Positions 26,493 through 39,982 of a stretch of 64,000 nt of DNA are shown here, piece after piece. The position numbers and the translations under genes were made by a program. The stretch is from Octopus sinensis. Lineage: Eukaryota. The notes under the pieces were generated by a model. The model saw only the letters and a program-made list of their open reading frames with translations, made no database searches and had not been told where the DNA came from. Location of the stretch: NCBI RefSeq assembly GCF_006345805.1, contig NC_043010.1:11408001-11472000 (forward strand), written 5' to 3'. Within the stretch, counting starts at the first letter, position 1, and every line of letters begins with the position of its first letter.

Positions 26493-26881
26493 AGGCGTAG
26501 GAGTGGCTGTGTAGTAAGTAGCTTGCTTACAAACCACATGGTTCCGGGTTCAGTCCCACTGCATAGCACCTTGGGCAAGTGTCTTCTATTATAGTCTTAG
26601 GCCAACTTGTGAGTGGATTTGGTACATGGAAACTGAAAGAAGCCCGTCGTATATATATGTGTATATATGTATATATATATGTGTATGTGTGTGTATGTTT
26701 GTGTGTCTGTGTTTGTCCCCCCCCCCCAACATCGCTTGACAACCGATGCTGGTGTGTTTACGTTCCCGTAAATTAACAGTTCAGCAAAAGAGACTGATAG
26801 AATAAGTAATAGGCTTACAAACAATAAGTCCTGGGGTGCTCCAACATGGCCACTGTCAAATGACTGAAACAAGTAAAAGAG
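26493..26881 (+). mobile_element. SINE family A
   Basis: Full length with small internal deletions. Confidence 0.88.
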
Positions 26882-26891
26882 TCTATATAAA

Positions 26892-27275
26892 GGAAGCACT
26901 CCATCGGTTACGATGACGAGGGTTCCGGTTGATCCGAATCAACGGAACAGCCTGCTCGTGAAATTAACGTGTAAGTGGCTGAGCACTCCACAGACACGTG
27001 TACCCTTAACGTAGTTCTCGGGGATATTCAGCGTGACACAGAGAGTGACAAGGCCGGCCCTTTGAAATACAGGTACAACAGAAACAGGAAGTAAGAGTGA
27101 GAGAAAGTTGTGGCGAAAGAGTACAGCAGGGATCACCACCATCCCCTGCCGGAGCCTCGTGGTGCTTTAGGTGTTTTTCGCTCAATAAACACTCACAACG
27201 CCCGGTTTGGGAATCGAAACCGCAATCCTATGACCGTGAGTCCGCTGCCCTAACCACTGGGCCATTGCGCCTCCA
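26892..27275 (-). mobile_element. SINE family B (tail type 1)
   Basis: Full length, with TSD AAAAGA(G/A)TCTATATA. Confidence 0.9.
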
Positions 27276-27879
27276 CTAAAAGAATCTATATATATATATG
27301 GTGATGCGTTGAGCAAAGATGCATAAAATTAAGGCTGGCAAAGTACAACTCTGGTGAGACGTTTAGGTTAGAAGAATCGAAATCAGAAACCTACATTTGA
27401 TGCTAAGTATATATTTACGAGAATGTTTTGTTCTTCTGAACTAATCTATATCTACTTTTAGACTGGTGACAAGGATTTGAATAATGTAAAACGTAAGCTA
27501 ATTTCTTTCCTTAAGTGTTTTCTCTTGTTATCATTCAGGCATGCATTATACATTGTTAATATTCATTTCATACAAACAAATACACACACACACACATGCA
27601 CGTGTGTGTGTGTATATATATATATATATACATGTACGCACAAGCACAAAGACACATATAGTAATTCATATATTCATTAAGATGCACAAAGAAATGGATA
27701 TACAGATGATCTTATACGTCTGTGCAAGTAATACAAACACATTAAACAGAGGCATATTATGATCCTTAAATCTTTTTCTTATGTTATTATTGAGACAAAT
27801 ATACATATAGATATATTATGAGTCATTTGTAGTCCAATAAATCAAGAGGATAATGCAATTTCATTATATTTATGCTACT

Positions 27880-28475
27880 TCATGTCCTTATGCATACGCT
27901 CACAAATTCATACGCAGCCACAAACACACACACACACATATACATATACACACACACTAACATACATATTTGCATGCTTCCTCTCTATCACTCTGTGCGT
28001 ACACACACGCATTTATGTTCAACCACATACAGACTCTCACACACACTCACACATTTTTTCTATGAGTTTGTGCACACACAGAAACTTATATTCAACCACA
28101 TTCACACAACACACACATATACACATACACACAGACACACGTTCACTCTATCACTGTCCACAAACACAAGCTTACAATGAATCACACACTCACACTCACA
28201 CACACACATGTATACACAAACATATATATACACATACACACACATGTATACACACACATGTATACACAAACATATATACACATACACACACATGTATACA
28301 CACACACAGTCACACTCACACATGTATACACAAACATGTATACACATACACACACACTCACACACACACATGTATACACACACACATGTATACACAAACA
28401 TGTATATACACACATGTATACACACACATGTATACACACACACATACATACACACACACACATGTATACACACAC
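27880..28475. repeat. CA-rich compound repeat with recurring CACACATGTATACACA motif
   Basis: Direct reading. Confidence 0.9.
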
Positions 28476-28863
28476 ATTTTCACTGTCATATCTTTTCTCT
28501 ATAGAACATGTAGATCAACTGTGTCTCTTTAATACAGAATCTGACATACCTTATTTTGTTTGTGTGTGTTAGGGTTTTCATGGATGAGATTGCAGTTGTG
28601 AATGTGGAGTTTAATGAAACTTTCAGGCTAGCATAATGTAGGAACAACACATAGAGGAATGAAGTGACTGTTTCATGGGACAGTGATTCTCAGAAGGAAG
28701 AAATGGAGGCTTTGAAGTAGATTTTTATTCTGGAGTGAATGAGTATATGGACTGCAATAAGAGAGTAAAGCGAAAGAGAATGGTTTAAGAAGAATTGAAG
28801 AACAAGTTTAATAAGTTAGGAAAAGCAGAGATATATTAGAGTTGACATTTTTAATGTAGTGAG

Positions 28864-31696
28864 TCATCATCATCATCATCATCATCAACATCATCGTTTA
28901 ACGTCCGCTTTCCATGCCAGCATGGGTTGGATGGTTTTGACTGTGGGCTGGCGAACCAGATGGCTGCACCAGGCTCCAGTCTTGATCTGGCAGAGTTTCT
29001 ACAGCTGGATGCCCTTCCTAATGCCAACCACTCCGAGAGTGTAGTGGGTGCTTTTTTTTTTACGTGCCAGTCAGGCAGTACCGGCAACAACCTCGCTCAA
29101 ATCTTTTACACATGCCACTGGCACAAGTACCAGTAAGGCGATGTTGGTAACGATCACACTCGAACGGTGCCCTTTTATGTGCCATGGCACAGGGGCCAGT
29201 CAGGTGGTACTAGCAATGACCTTGCTCGAATCATTCTACTCATGCCACCAGCACAGGTGCCAGTAAGGCAATGTTGGTAACGACCACACTCAAATGGTGC
29301 CCTTTTATGTGCCACAGCACAGGGGCCAGTCAGGAGGTACTGGCAATGACCTCACTCGAATCTTTTTACACATGCCACCGGCACAGGTGCTAGTAAGACG
29401 ATGTTGGTAATGACCCCACTCGAATGGTGCCCTTTTATGTGCTATGGCACAGGGGCCAGTCAGGCAGTACTGGCAATGACCTCACTCAAATCTTTTTACA
29501 CATGTCACCGGCACAGGTACCAGTAAGGCGATGTTGGTAATGATCACACTCGAATGGTGCCCTTTTATGTGCTATGGCACAGGGGCCAGTCAGGCAGTAC
29601 TGGCAATGACCTCACTCAAATCTTTTTACACATGTCACCGGCACAGGTACCAGTAAGGCGATGTTGGTAATGATCACACTTGAATGGTGCCCTTTTATGT
29701 TCCACGGCACAGGGGCCAGTCAGGCGGTACTGGCAATGACCTCACTCGAATCTTTTTACACATGCCACCGACACAGGTGCCAGTAAGGCGATGTTGGTAA
29801 TGATCACACTCGAATGGTGCCCTTTTATGTGCCACGGCACAGGGGCCAGTCAGGCGGTACTGGCAATGACCTCACTCGAATCTTTTTACACATGCCACCG
29901 ACACAGGTGCCAGTAAGGCGATGTTGGTAATGATCACACTCGAATGGTGCCCTTTTATGTGCCACGGCACAGGGGCCAGTCAGGCAGTACTGGCAATGAC
30001 CTCACTCAAATCTTTTTACACATGTCACCGGCACAGGTACCAGTAAGGCGATGTTGGTAACGATCACGCTCGAATGGTGCCCTTTTATGTGCTACGGCAC
30101 AGGGGCCAGTCAGGTGGTACTGGCAATGACCTCGCTCAAATCTTTTTACACATGCCACCGGCACAGGTGCCAGTAAGGCGATGTTGGTAATGATCACACT
30201 CGAATGTTGCCCTTTTATGTGCCACAGCACAGGGGCCAGTCAGGAGGTACTGGCAATGACCTCACTCGAATCTTTTTACACATGCCACTGGCACAGGTAC
30301 CAGTAAGGCGATGTTGGTAACGATCACGCTCGAATGGTGCCCTTTTATGTGCTACGGCACAGGGGCCAGTCAGGTGGTACTGGCAATGACCTCGCTCAAA
30401 TCTTTTTACACATGCCACCGGCACAGGTACCAGTAAGGCGATGTTGGTAATGATCACATTCGAATGTTGCCCTTTTATGTGCCACAGCACAGGGGCCAGT
30501 CAGGAGGTACTGGCAATGACCTCACTCGAATCTTTTTACACATTCCACTGGCACAGGTACCAGTAAGGCGATGTTGGTAATGATCACACTCAAATGTTGC
30601 CCTTTTATGTGCCACAGCACAGGGGCCAGTCAGGAGGTACTGGCAATGACCTCACTCGAATCATTCTACTCATGCCACCGGCACAGGTACCAGTAAGGCG
30701 ATGTTGGTAATGATCACACTCAAATGTTGCCCTTTTATGTGCCACAGCACAGGGGCCAGTCAGGAGGTACTGGCAATGACCTCACTCGAATCTTTTTACA
30801 CATGCCACTGGCACAGGTACCAGTAAGGCGATGTTGGTAACGATCACGCTCGAATGGTGCCCTTTTATGTGCTACGGCACAGGGGCCAGTCAGGTGGTAC
30901 TGGCAATGACCTCGCTCAAATCTTTTTACACATGCCACCGGCACAGGTACCAGTAAGGCGATGTTGGTAATGATCACATTCGAATGTTGCCCTTTTATGT
31001 GCCACAGCACAGGGGCCAGTCAGGAGGTACTGGCAATGACCTCACTCGAATCTTTTTACACATGCCACTGGCACAGGTACCAGTAAGGCGATGTTGGTAA
31101 TGATCACGCTCGAATGGTGCCCTTTTATGTGCTACGGCACAGGGGCCAGTCAGGCTGTACTGGCAATGACCTCACTCGAATCATTTTACACATGCCACCG
31201 ACACAGGTGCCAGTAAGGCGATGTTGGTAATGATCACACTCGAATGGTGCCCTTTTATGCGCCATGGCACAGGGGCCAGTCAGGCGGTACTGGCAATGAC
31301 CTTGCTCGAACCTTTTTACACATGCCACCGGCACAAGTGCCAGTAAGGCGATGTTGGTAATGATCACACTCGAATGGTGCCCTTTTATGCGCCACGGCAC
31401 AAGGGCCAGTCATGCAGTACTGGCAATGACCTTGCTCGAATCCTTTTACACATGCCACCGGCACAGGTGCCAGTAAGGCGATGTTGGTAAAGATCACACT
31501 CGAATGGCGCCCTTTTACGTGCCACGGCATAGGGGCCAGTCAGGCGGTACTGGCACAGGGTCCAGTCAGGTGGTACTGGCAATGATCTCGCTCGAATCTT
31601 TTTACACATGCCACCGGCACAGGTGCCAATGAGGCGATGTTGATAACGATCACACTCGAATGGTGCCCTTTTATGTGCCACAGCACAGGGGCCAGT
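28864..31696 (-). mobile_element. Family E retroposon, (GAT)n-tailed, carrying a 2.6-kb internal VNTR
   Basis: (CAT)n tail at 28864-28895 and core GGAGTGGTTGGCATTAGGAAGGGCATCCAGCTGTAGAAAC at ~28896-29064, running directly into the array. Confidence 0.8.
29065..31696. repeat. Tandem array of ~20 x 130-bp units, each a dimer of ~65-bp monomers
   Basis: Units start at 29221, 29351, 29481 ... 31431 with an exact 130-bp period. Block 30261-30520 is identical to 30781-31040. Confidence 0.97.
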
Positions 31697-32162
31697 AGGG
31701 CTAGAAATAAATGTGATAAAGAAAGACATTATATGACTGACTAATACTATTTTCATAGTTGAAGAGGTAGTCTCTGGAAGATGTGGGATGAGGCGGTGAA
31801 GTATGATCTTCTGATGTTGAGTATCACAGAGGTGATGACGAGTGACCAAGGGTTTTGGTTATTTGCTATGCTTGAGAAGACATGTTAAGCTAAGTGAGAT
31901 CATAGCTGTCACCAGTGACACATGAAAGGCACATGTGCCAATAGGACATAAAAAGCACCCATGCTGGTAACACATAAAGGGTGAACATGCTGATGCCATG
32001 TAAAAGACATCCAGTACGTTCAGTGGAATTGGCATTAGGAAGAGAATCCAACCATAGAAACCAAGCTAAAACAGACTGGAGGAACATGGGGCAGTTCTCC
32101 ACCTTACCACCTTACCTAGTCAAACCGTCTTACCCATGCCAGCATGGAAAAACGGATGCTAA

Positions 32163-32278
32163 ATGATGATGGCGATGATGATGATGATGATGATGATGAT
32201 GACGACGACGATGATGATGATGAGGAGGATGATGATGATGATGATGATGATAATGATGACGGGAGGAGGAGGATGATA

Positions 32279-32321
<43 letters not shown>

Positions 32322-32366
32322 GATGATGATGATGATGAGGAGGAGGAGGAGGATGAGGATGATGAA

Positions 32367-32408
<42 letters not shown>

Positions 32409-33049
32409 GATGATGATGATGATGATGATGATGACGATGAGGATGAATATGAGGATAATGATGATGATGATGATGATGAGGATGGTGATGATGATGATGA
32501 TAGTGATGAGGATGATGATGCTGATGAAGAGGAGGAGGAGGAGGATGGTGATGACGACTATATATGTATATATGATGAGTATATATGTATATATGTGCAT
32601 TATGTGTGACTGTGTATGTGTTTGTGTGTATCTTTGACTTGGACATTGTAAGCAAGTATCACCGTTCTACAAGCAGTGTTGTTTGTTTTCTAGTCTCCTG
32701 TGGAAATGATGTCTGGCCGTGGGAAAAATCACTTTGCTTGGAAAGAGGTAACCGGAAACAGGCAATTGAAAGCAGGTTGACGATAGGAAGGGCATCCATC
32801 CACAGAGAAACAAATCTGCCTCAACAAATCTTGTTTGATCGATCCATGCTTGCATAGAAAAGGGAACAATGACGACGACGACGATGATGATGATGATGAT
32901 GACGATGATGATGACGATGATGATGACGATGATGATGATGATGGTGGTGGTGGTGGTGGTGATGATGATGATGATGATGGTGGTGGTGATGATGATGATG
33001 ATTGATGATGATGATGTTGATGATGATGATGACAATGATGATGATGATG

Positions 33050-33091
<42 letters not shown>

Positions 33092-33176
33092 TGATGATGA
33101 TGATGATGATGATGATGATGGTGGTGATGATGATGATGATGATGTTGATGATGATGATGACAATGATGATGATGAT

Positions 33177-33207
<31 letters not shown>

Positions 33208-33277
33208 ATGGTGGTGGTGGTGGTGGTGATGATGATGATGATGATGACGATGATGATGATGATGATGATGATGGTGG

Positions 33278-33310
<33 letters not shown>

Positions 33311-33337
33311 CGATGATGATGATGATGATGATGATGA
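32163..33337. repeat. Two (GAT)n arrays (32163-32560, 32868-33337), each extending a retroposon tail
   Basis: Each array starts at the 3' tail of a family E or family F copy. Confidence 0.92.
32620..32870 (+). mobile_element. Family F (GAT)n-tailed retroposon; an older copy lies at ~1338-1568
   Basis: CTGGCCGTGGGAAAAATCACTTTGCTTGGAAA...GGAAGGGCATCC...CCATGCTTGCATAGAAA, followed by a GAT array. Confidence 0.6.
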
Positions 33338-33824
33338 TTCCAGTGGGGGGAAACACTTTGGAGTGTTTTCATCATCGGGTTTTTTTCAGCAAAACATAAA
33401 TGTCACCAATATTTGCCAAAAGTTGCGACACAAGAAAGAATTACTACATACATGTAGAATATCAGACATGAGCAAGAAGTACAAGAAATTAGCATATTAA
33501 CCAAAAAAAAAAACAAAAAAAAAAGCACTGGAGTTAATTAGTCAGAGACAGCCTATGCCTAATTACAGCTAAGTTAGTGTTAACACATTTCACGTAATGA
33601 ACAACAGTAAAGATCTGAGAAAGCAAAGGGTAGGTTTAGCAAATTGCTGATTGGCCATCCAGTAAGTAGTTTAGTAATTAACTTCAGCACAAGTATAGCT
33701 GTGTGGTTGAGAATTTTGCTTCCCAACTATGTGGTTTTATGTTTTGATACTACTGTAGAGAAATCTATGAAGTGAGGGAGAAAGAAAGAGAGAGAGAGAG
33801 TGCATGTGAATACATTACTCTCTC

Positions 33825-34240
33825 TTTTACTCTTTTACTTGTTTCAGTCATTTGACTGCGGCCATGCTGGAGCACCGCCTTTAGTTGAGCAAATCGACTC
33901 CGGGACTTATTCTTTTTGTAAGCCCAGTACTTATTCTATCGGACTCTTTTGCCGAACTGCTAAGTGATGGTGACGTAGACACACCAGCATCGGTTGTCAA
34001 GCAATGCTAGGGTGACAAACACAGACACACAAACACACACACACTTATATATATATACATATATATACATATATACGACAGGCTTCTTTCAGTTTCCGTC
34101 TACCAAATCCACTCACAAGGCATTGGTCGGCCCCAAGGCTATAGCAGAAGACACTTGCCCAAGGTGCCACGCAGTGGGACTGAACCCGGAACCATGTGGT
34201 TGGTTAGCAAGCTACTTACCACACACCCACTCCTGCGCCT
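33825..34240 (-). mobile_element. SINE family A, young subfamily
   Basis: Full length. Confidence 0.92.
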
Positions 34241-34327
34241 AGTTTCATGGCACAAAGAAAAGCAGGCCATGCCATCCACTCAAGCAAACACATAGTAGAT
34301 GATCCACAAGCATTCAGGTAAACTGAG

Positions 34328-34408
34328 TCCTCAACTTGTTCCATTGGCCAAAAGGTTTGCAAGACACCAGCAGACCTCAAGAGACACATTTGTGTCCATA
34401 GAACATGA
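34328..34408 (+). pseudogene. Degenerate single C2H2 finger, probably a fragment of a related RTE 3' end
   Basis: SSTCSIGQKVCKTPADLKRHICVHRT* resembles finger 2 at 832-1245. Confidence 0.4.
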
Positions 34409-34658
34409 TTTATGCTTTATTTTACGAAACCCTCATTTGTTGTTCACAAGAGAACCCATCATATATATGAGCATATAACAACAAGCCAGCCAACACATAA
34501 AATATCCATTGAGACTTCTTTAAGAATGTACCTGAAGAGACCCAGACTGAGAGGTTGAAAGATATGTGTGTGTGTGTATGTGTATAACAGGAGTCTAATG
34601 TGAAATCCATCTCCTACTATCAATTAATACAATATGTATATGTATGTGTGTATATGTA

Positions 34659-34709
<51 letters not shown>

Positions 34710-35237
34710 GTATGTATCATCATCATCATCGTTTAACGTCCACTTTCCATGCTAGCATGGGTTGGACGATTTTGACTGAGGGCTGGTGAACCAGATGGCG
34801 GCACCAGGCTCCAATCTTGATCTGGCAGAGTTTCTACAGCCCAAATTCATACATCACGACTAAACACCTAAATGAACAACAAAGGAATCTTTATGTGGTT
34901 ACTAAATGTGCTAGAAATAACAGTCAATTTCCCTCGAACCACATCCTACTCTTTTTAACTGCATATGAATTAGTTCTTATATAATGCAATCCTACATACG
35001 ACTCTAAAAAAGGGTTGAGTTAGGGTAGAACATTACAGAACTACCACATGGATATCATTATATATACATGTTTATTCATAGCTCACGTTTACCTTTACCA
35101 AGCTTTAGTGTTGTCATTACTGTGACTATGACAACTTGAACAATACATTAACCAAAGAGATTCTTCCCTAAATATATTTATGTTATAAAGATGAAGTTGC
35201 CAATTATTTCAAAGAAAAATACATAATACACACATAA

Positions 35238-35519
35238 ATGTATATGCACATCTGTGTGTGTGTGTATCTATCTATCTATGTGTGTGTGTATATAAATATA
35301 TATTTGTATATATATATGTGTGTATGCACACACAGATATACATATGCATGTAGATACATCATCGTCATCATCATCATTTAACGATGATGACGATGATGTA
35401 TCTACATGCATATGTATATCTGTGTGTGCATACATACACATATATATACAAATATATATCTATATTCACACACACATAGATACATAGATACACACACACA
35501 CATGGATGTGCATATACAT
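35238..35519. repeat. Fold-back palindrome with ~135-bp arms and a 10-nt loop
   Basis: Left arm 35238-35372 is the reverse complement of 35383-35519, with roughly 6-8 differences. Confidence 0.92.
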
Positions 35520-37343
35520 ATATATATTTTCATACATACACATGCATATATGTGAACCTTAAAAATTTTTTACACTGTAAGCAAAATTGCAGTGTGAATA
35601 TGGGGAAAGCTATAAATACTCCTGGAAGCTGTTGTCATCTTATAAAGGAGAGTAAAAGAATGATAAAAAAAAATGCTGTAGATAGAAATAAATCTAATTG
35701 GTTTCATTCAAAGGTTGAATATCCTTCCAGTTATTCTTAATTAAAATATTTGTGGGTATTTTTTTTTCTTCATATATATATATATACGTATATAGTGCTG
35801 TCAGAAGATTCATTAAAAAGGAAGAGTAATTATAGATAATGAAATGGAATCACTTGTATGTACGTATGATTAAAAACAAAAGACCAAATTAAATGAACAG
35901 CAGTTGATTTTGATTTTTCATTAAGATTCAAGTCTTTGACAAGTGTCTCCAGTTGTTAAAATTTCTTTACTTTATATCACCATCTTAATATCATACCAGA
36001 ATCTCATCAATGTAATAGAATTTTTGTGCATGGAACATTGAAAACGCTTGTATTAATCAATGAAGAGTGTTTCTATGTGGTCATTCAATGAGCTAGAAAT
36101 AGCAGCAAATAAACTCAAATCTACATTCTACTATTATAGAATGCGAAGAAGACATCGGACAATATTAATTGGCATGGAAAATGTCAGATATACAAAAAAA
36201 AAAAAGATGTGATGGTGATGAAGGCTTGCATTTGGTCATAGGCTCACTCAGTCAAGACTGACTAGGGTCTACTCAGCCAATTGTTAGAACCAGACATAAG
36301 CAGTTGAAATGATTAGGGTGTCAAAGCAAGGGTATCTTGAACACCAACTCCAAACACTCAGTCATGTATGCATGTATGTATGTATGTATTATGTATGTAT
36401 GTGTGTATGTATGTATGTATGTGTGTATGTATGTATGTATGCATGCATGTATGCATGCATGTATGTATGTATGTATGTATGTATGTGTGTATGTATGTGT
36501 GTATGTATGTATGTATGTATGTATGTATTTATGTATGTATGCATGCATGTATGTATGTATGTATGGATGGATGGATGTATGTACGTATGTACGTATGTTT
36601 GTATGTATGTATGTATTATGTATGTATTATGTATGTATGTATGTATTTATGTATGTATGTATGTATGTAAGTATGTATGTATGCATGTTTGTGTATGTAT
36701 GTTTGTATGTATGTATGTATGTATGTATGTGTGTATGTATGCATGTATGTAAGTATGTATGTGTGTATGTATGCATGTATGTATGTACATATGTAAGTAT
36801 GTACGTATGTATGTACGTATGTATATATGTATGGATGTGTGTGTATGTATGTTTGTATGTATACATGCATGTACATATGTATATATGAATTGTGTGTGCT
36901 TGTATGTATATATATATATATATATAGCTGTATAATAATGTATCATAATAATATATATATTCTCTGATTTGAAGCAATACCTTACGAAGCCTTTCTGATT
37001 TGTTTACAAATATTATATATAAGTGTGTGTGTGTATGAAAGTGTGTATATACAAATAGGTATGCTGTGTAAATGCTATAACTGGTCATCCGTTAGGTTCC
37101 AAGTTCACAGCTATATCTAAATCTAGGATTACCCAATAACTTTTTGCTCGTTTATTTGTTTATTTGTCTTTTCTCTTGGTGCTGTATGAATACTAGATGT
37201 GGTTTTAGACTGCTATCTCTAGCATGGTGGTACTTTTTAGATACCCTTAATTATAATTTTCATAATAATTATTACCTATAACATTTTTATTCTCATGTTG
37301 GCCAATTGATATGACCTTTATTTTAAATAACGATCTATCCTTT

Positions 37344-37404
<61 letters not shown>

Positions 37405-37406
<2 letters not shown>

Positions 37407-37779
37407 CAAAACAATTGCAGCGTGGAAGGTGTTTGTAAGCCATTTAAGAAACACACAAAAGCCGTTCGATTCACTTCAACATTTAAATTTAATTTGTCAA
37501 AATATTTTCGTCTCTTTAAGACCACGACCTGTTCACTGACAGAAATCCATGCTGCATCTCAGAGATGCAGCACTGATTTTTAGATATATATATACACACA
37601 CACACAAAAATCCGTGCTGCATCTCTGAGATGCAGCACGGATTTTTGTCAGTGAACAGGTCATGGTCTTATAGCGACGAAAATATTTCGACAAATTAAAC
37701 TTAAATGTTGAAGTGAATTGAACGTCTTTTGTGTGTTTCTTGAATGGCTTACAAACACCTTCCACGCTGCAATTGTTTT
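37405..37779. repeat. Inverted repeat with ~175-bp arms and a short microsatellite spacer; each arm ends in its own 20-bp hairpin
   Basis: Arms are ~93% identical by eye. AAAAATCCGTGCTGCATCTC-T-GAGATGCAGCACGGATTTTT is perfect in the right arm. Confidence 0.92.
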
Positions 37780-37831
37780 CGTTTCAGCACACGATCTCAG
37801 ATCAAATCACTTGCTATGCAAGTACATCTCC

Positions 37832-38014
<183 letters not shown>

Positions 38015-38482
38015 GTATATATATGTATATATATATATATATGTATATTGAAAAATCAAGAGATACTCCCTACAGCTTATTTTCCAGAAACATCAAGTAG
38101 TTAGCTGCATGAGGTATATATGGATGTTAGAATTATGGCAAGATTTATCTACAAATGTTTTAGAAGGATGATCTGAGTTGAGTGTGTGATATTTCCAGAG
38201 ATGAAACATCTGCTGAAATAAAATTATAATTTTCAGGTTTACTACTGATCCTCAGTAGGTGTTCTTGTCGATTCTAATTCCAATATATTCTGACCAAAAT
38301 CTAATATCACTCTCTATTTATCCATCTATTGCTCATTGCTGTTACTGCTGCTGCAGTTGCTGCTGTTACTACTACTACTACTACTACTTGTCACATATTT
38401 TATATTCATAGAAAAACATACACACACAGATACAGTAAGCGACATGCATTCAAACATATTTATATATATATGTGTATGAGTG

Positions 38483-38514
<32 letters not shown>

Positions 38515-38696
38515 CACATACACACACACACATATATACATATATATATATATACATACATACATGCATACATACATACTTACATATGTAAATATGTATA
38601 CATATATATACATATATATATGTATATATATACAGATATACGCACATATATACATATATGTGTGTGTGTATATATATGTGTGTGTATGTATGTGCG

Positions 38697-38727
<31 letters not shown>

Positions 38728-39306
38728 GTGTATGTATGTGTATATATATACATATATATATCTGTATATGTATGTGTATATATATACATATATATATCTG
38801 TGCATGTGTGTGTATATATATATATATATATTCATATATATATTTTTATACACACACACACACACACACACACATATGTGTATGTACATGAATATATATA
38901 TATATATATACATGTATTCTTTCAGAGAGTAAGTGAGTGGGAGGCTGGAAAAGCAACTCAAATACTGGACTGGTAGATGCAAACCAACCACAAAAAGATG
39001 AAAGGCAAAGCTGTCCTTAGCGCAATTTGAACTCAGCTAGAATATCTTTTATCATGTGTCCGTTCAGACAAGAGTCACACCATGTATGTGTGACTGAGTA
39101 CAAATGAGTCAAAGTACACATGTATACGAGTGTATGTATGTGCATGGACGTGCTTGGAAGCTATTGTTGCCATGTAATTCCAGATTAGCCCCGGATAAGC
39201 ATACCTGAGATCAAAAGCATTCCAGCTGTGACCATCCTGTCGTTTGGTGCCTTCACATTACAACTACACTGTCAAATTTATATTTCTTTCTATAACTCTC
39301 TCTTTC

Positions 39307-39718
39307 ACTCTTTTATTTGTTTCAGTCAGTTGACTGTGGCCATGCTGGAGCACCGCCTTTAGTCGAGCAACTCGACCTCGGGACTTATTCTTTTGTAAGC
39401 CCAGTACTTATTCTATCGGTCTCTTTTTTGCCGAACCGCTAAGTGACGGGGACGTAAACACACCAACATCGGTTGTCAAGCAATGCTAGGGCGACAAACA
39501 CAGACACACAAACATACACGCACACACACATTTATATATATATATACATATATACGACAGGCTTCTTTCAGTTTCCGTCTACCAAATTCACTCACAAGGC
39601 ATTGGTCGGCCCGGGGCTATAGCAGAAGACACTTGACCAAGATGCCACGCAGTGGGACTGAATCCGGAACCATGTGGTTGGTTAGCAAGCTACTTACCAC
39701 ACAGCCACTCCTGCGCCT
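39307..39718 (-). mobile_element. SINE family A, young subfamily
   Basis: Full length. The 5' end is tandemly duplicated (GCCACTCCTGCGCCTATA twice). Confidence 0.92.
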
Positions 39719-39982
39719 ATATGGCCACTCCTGCGCCTATATAAGGCTATATAATATAAACCTTTCTACTGCTCTAGAAACACGGCCTGAAATTTTGTAG
39801 GAGGGGTCTAAGCCGATTACATCGACCCCCAATACTTAACTGGTATTTATTTTATCAACCCTGAAAGGATCGAAAGGCAAAGTCAACCTCAACAGCACTT
39901 GAACTCTGAATGCAAAGACAGGCAGAATTCCACTAAACATCTTGCCCAGCAAGCTAACTGTTCTGCCAGCTCAATGCCTTAA

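Noticed and set aside
29065-31696. CRISPR array, or a repeat-protein gene (91-aa Cys/His-rich ORFs)
   Set aside because: There are no unique spacers and no cas genes. The period of 130 is not a multiple of 3, so the ORFs shift frame and stop. It is a tandem VNTR.
32116-33399. Poly-His, poly-Asp and poly-Met ORFs (also at 56766-57288 and 40978-41783)
   Set aside because: These are trinucleotide microsatellite read-through in all frames, with no non-repeat coding context.
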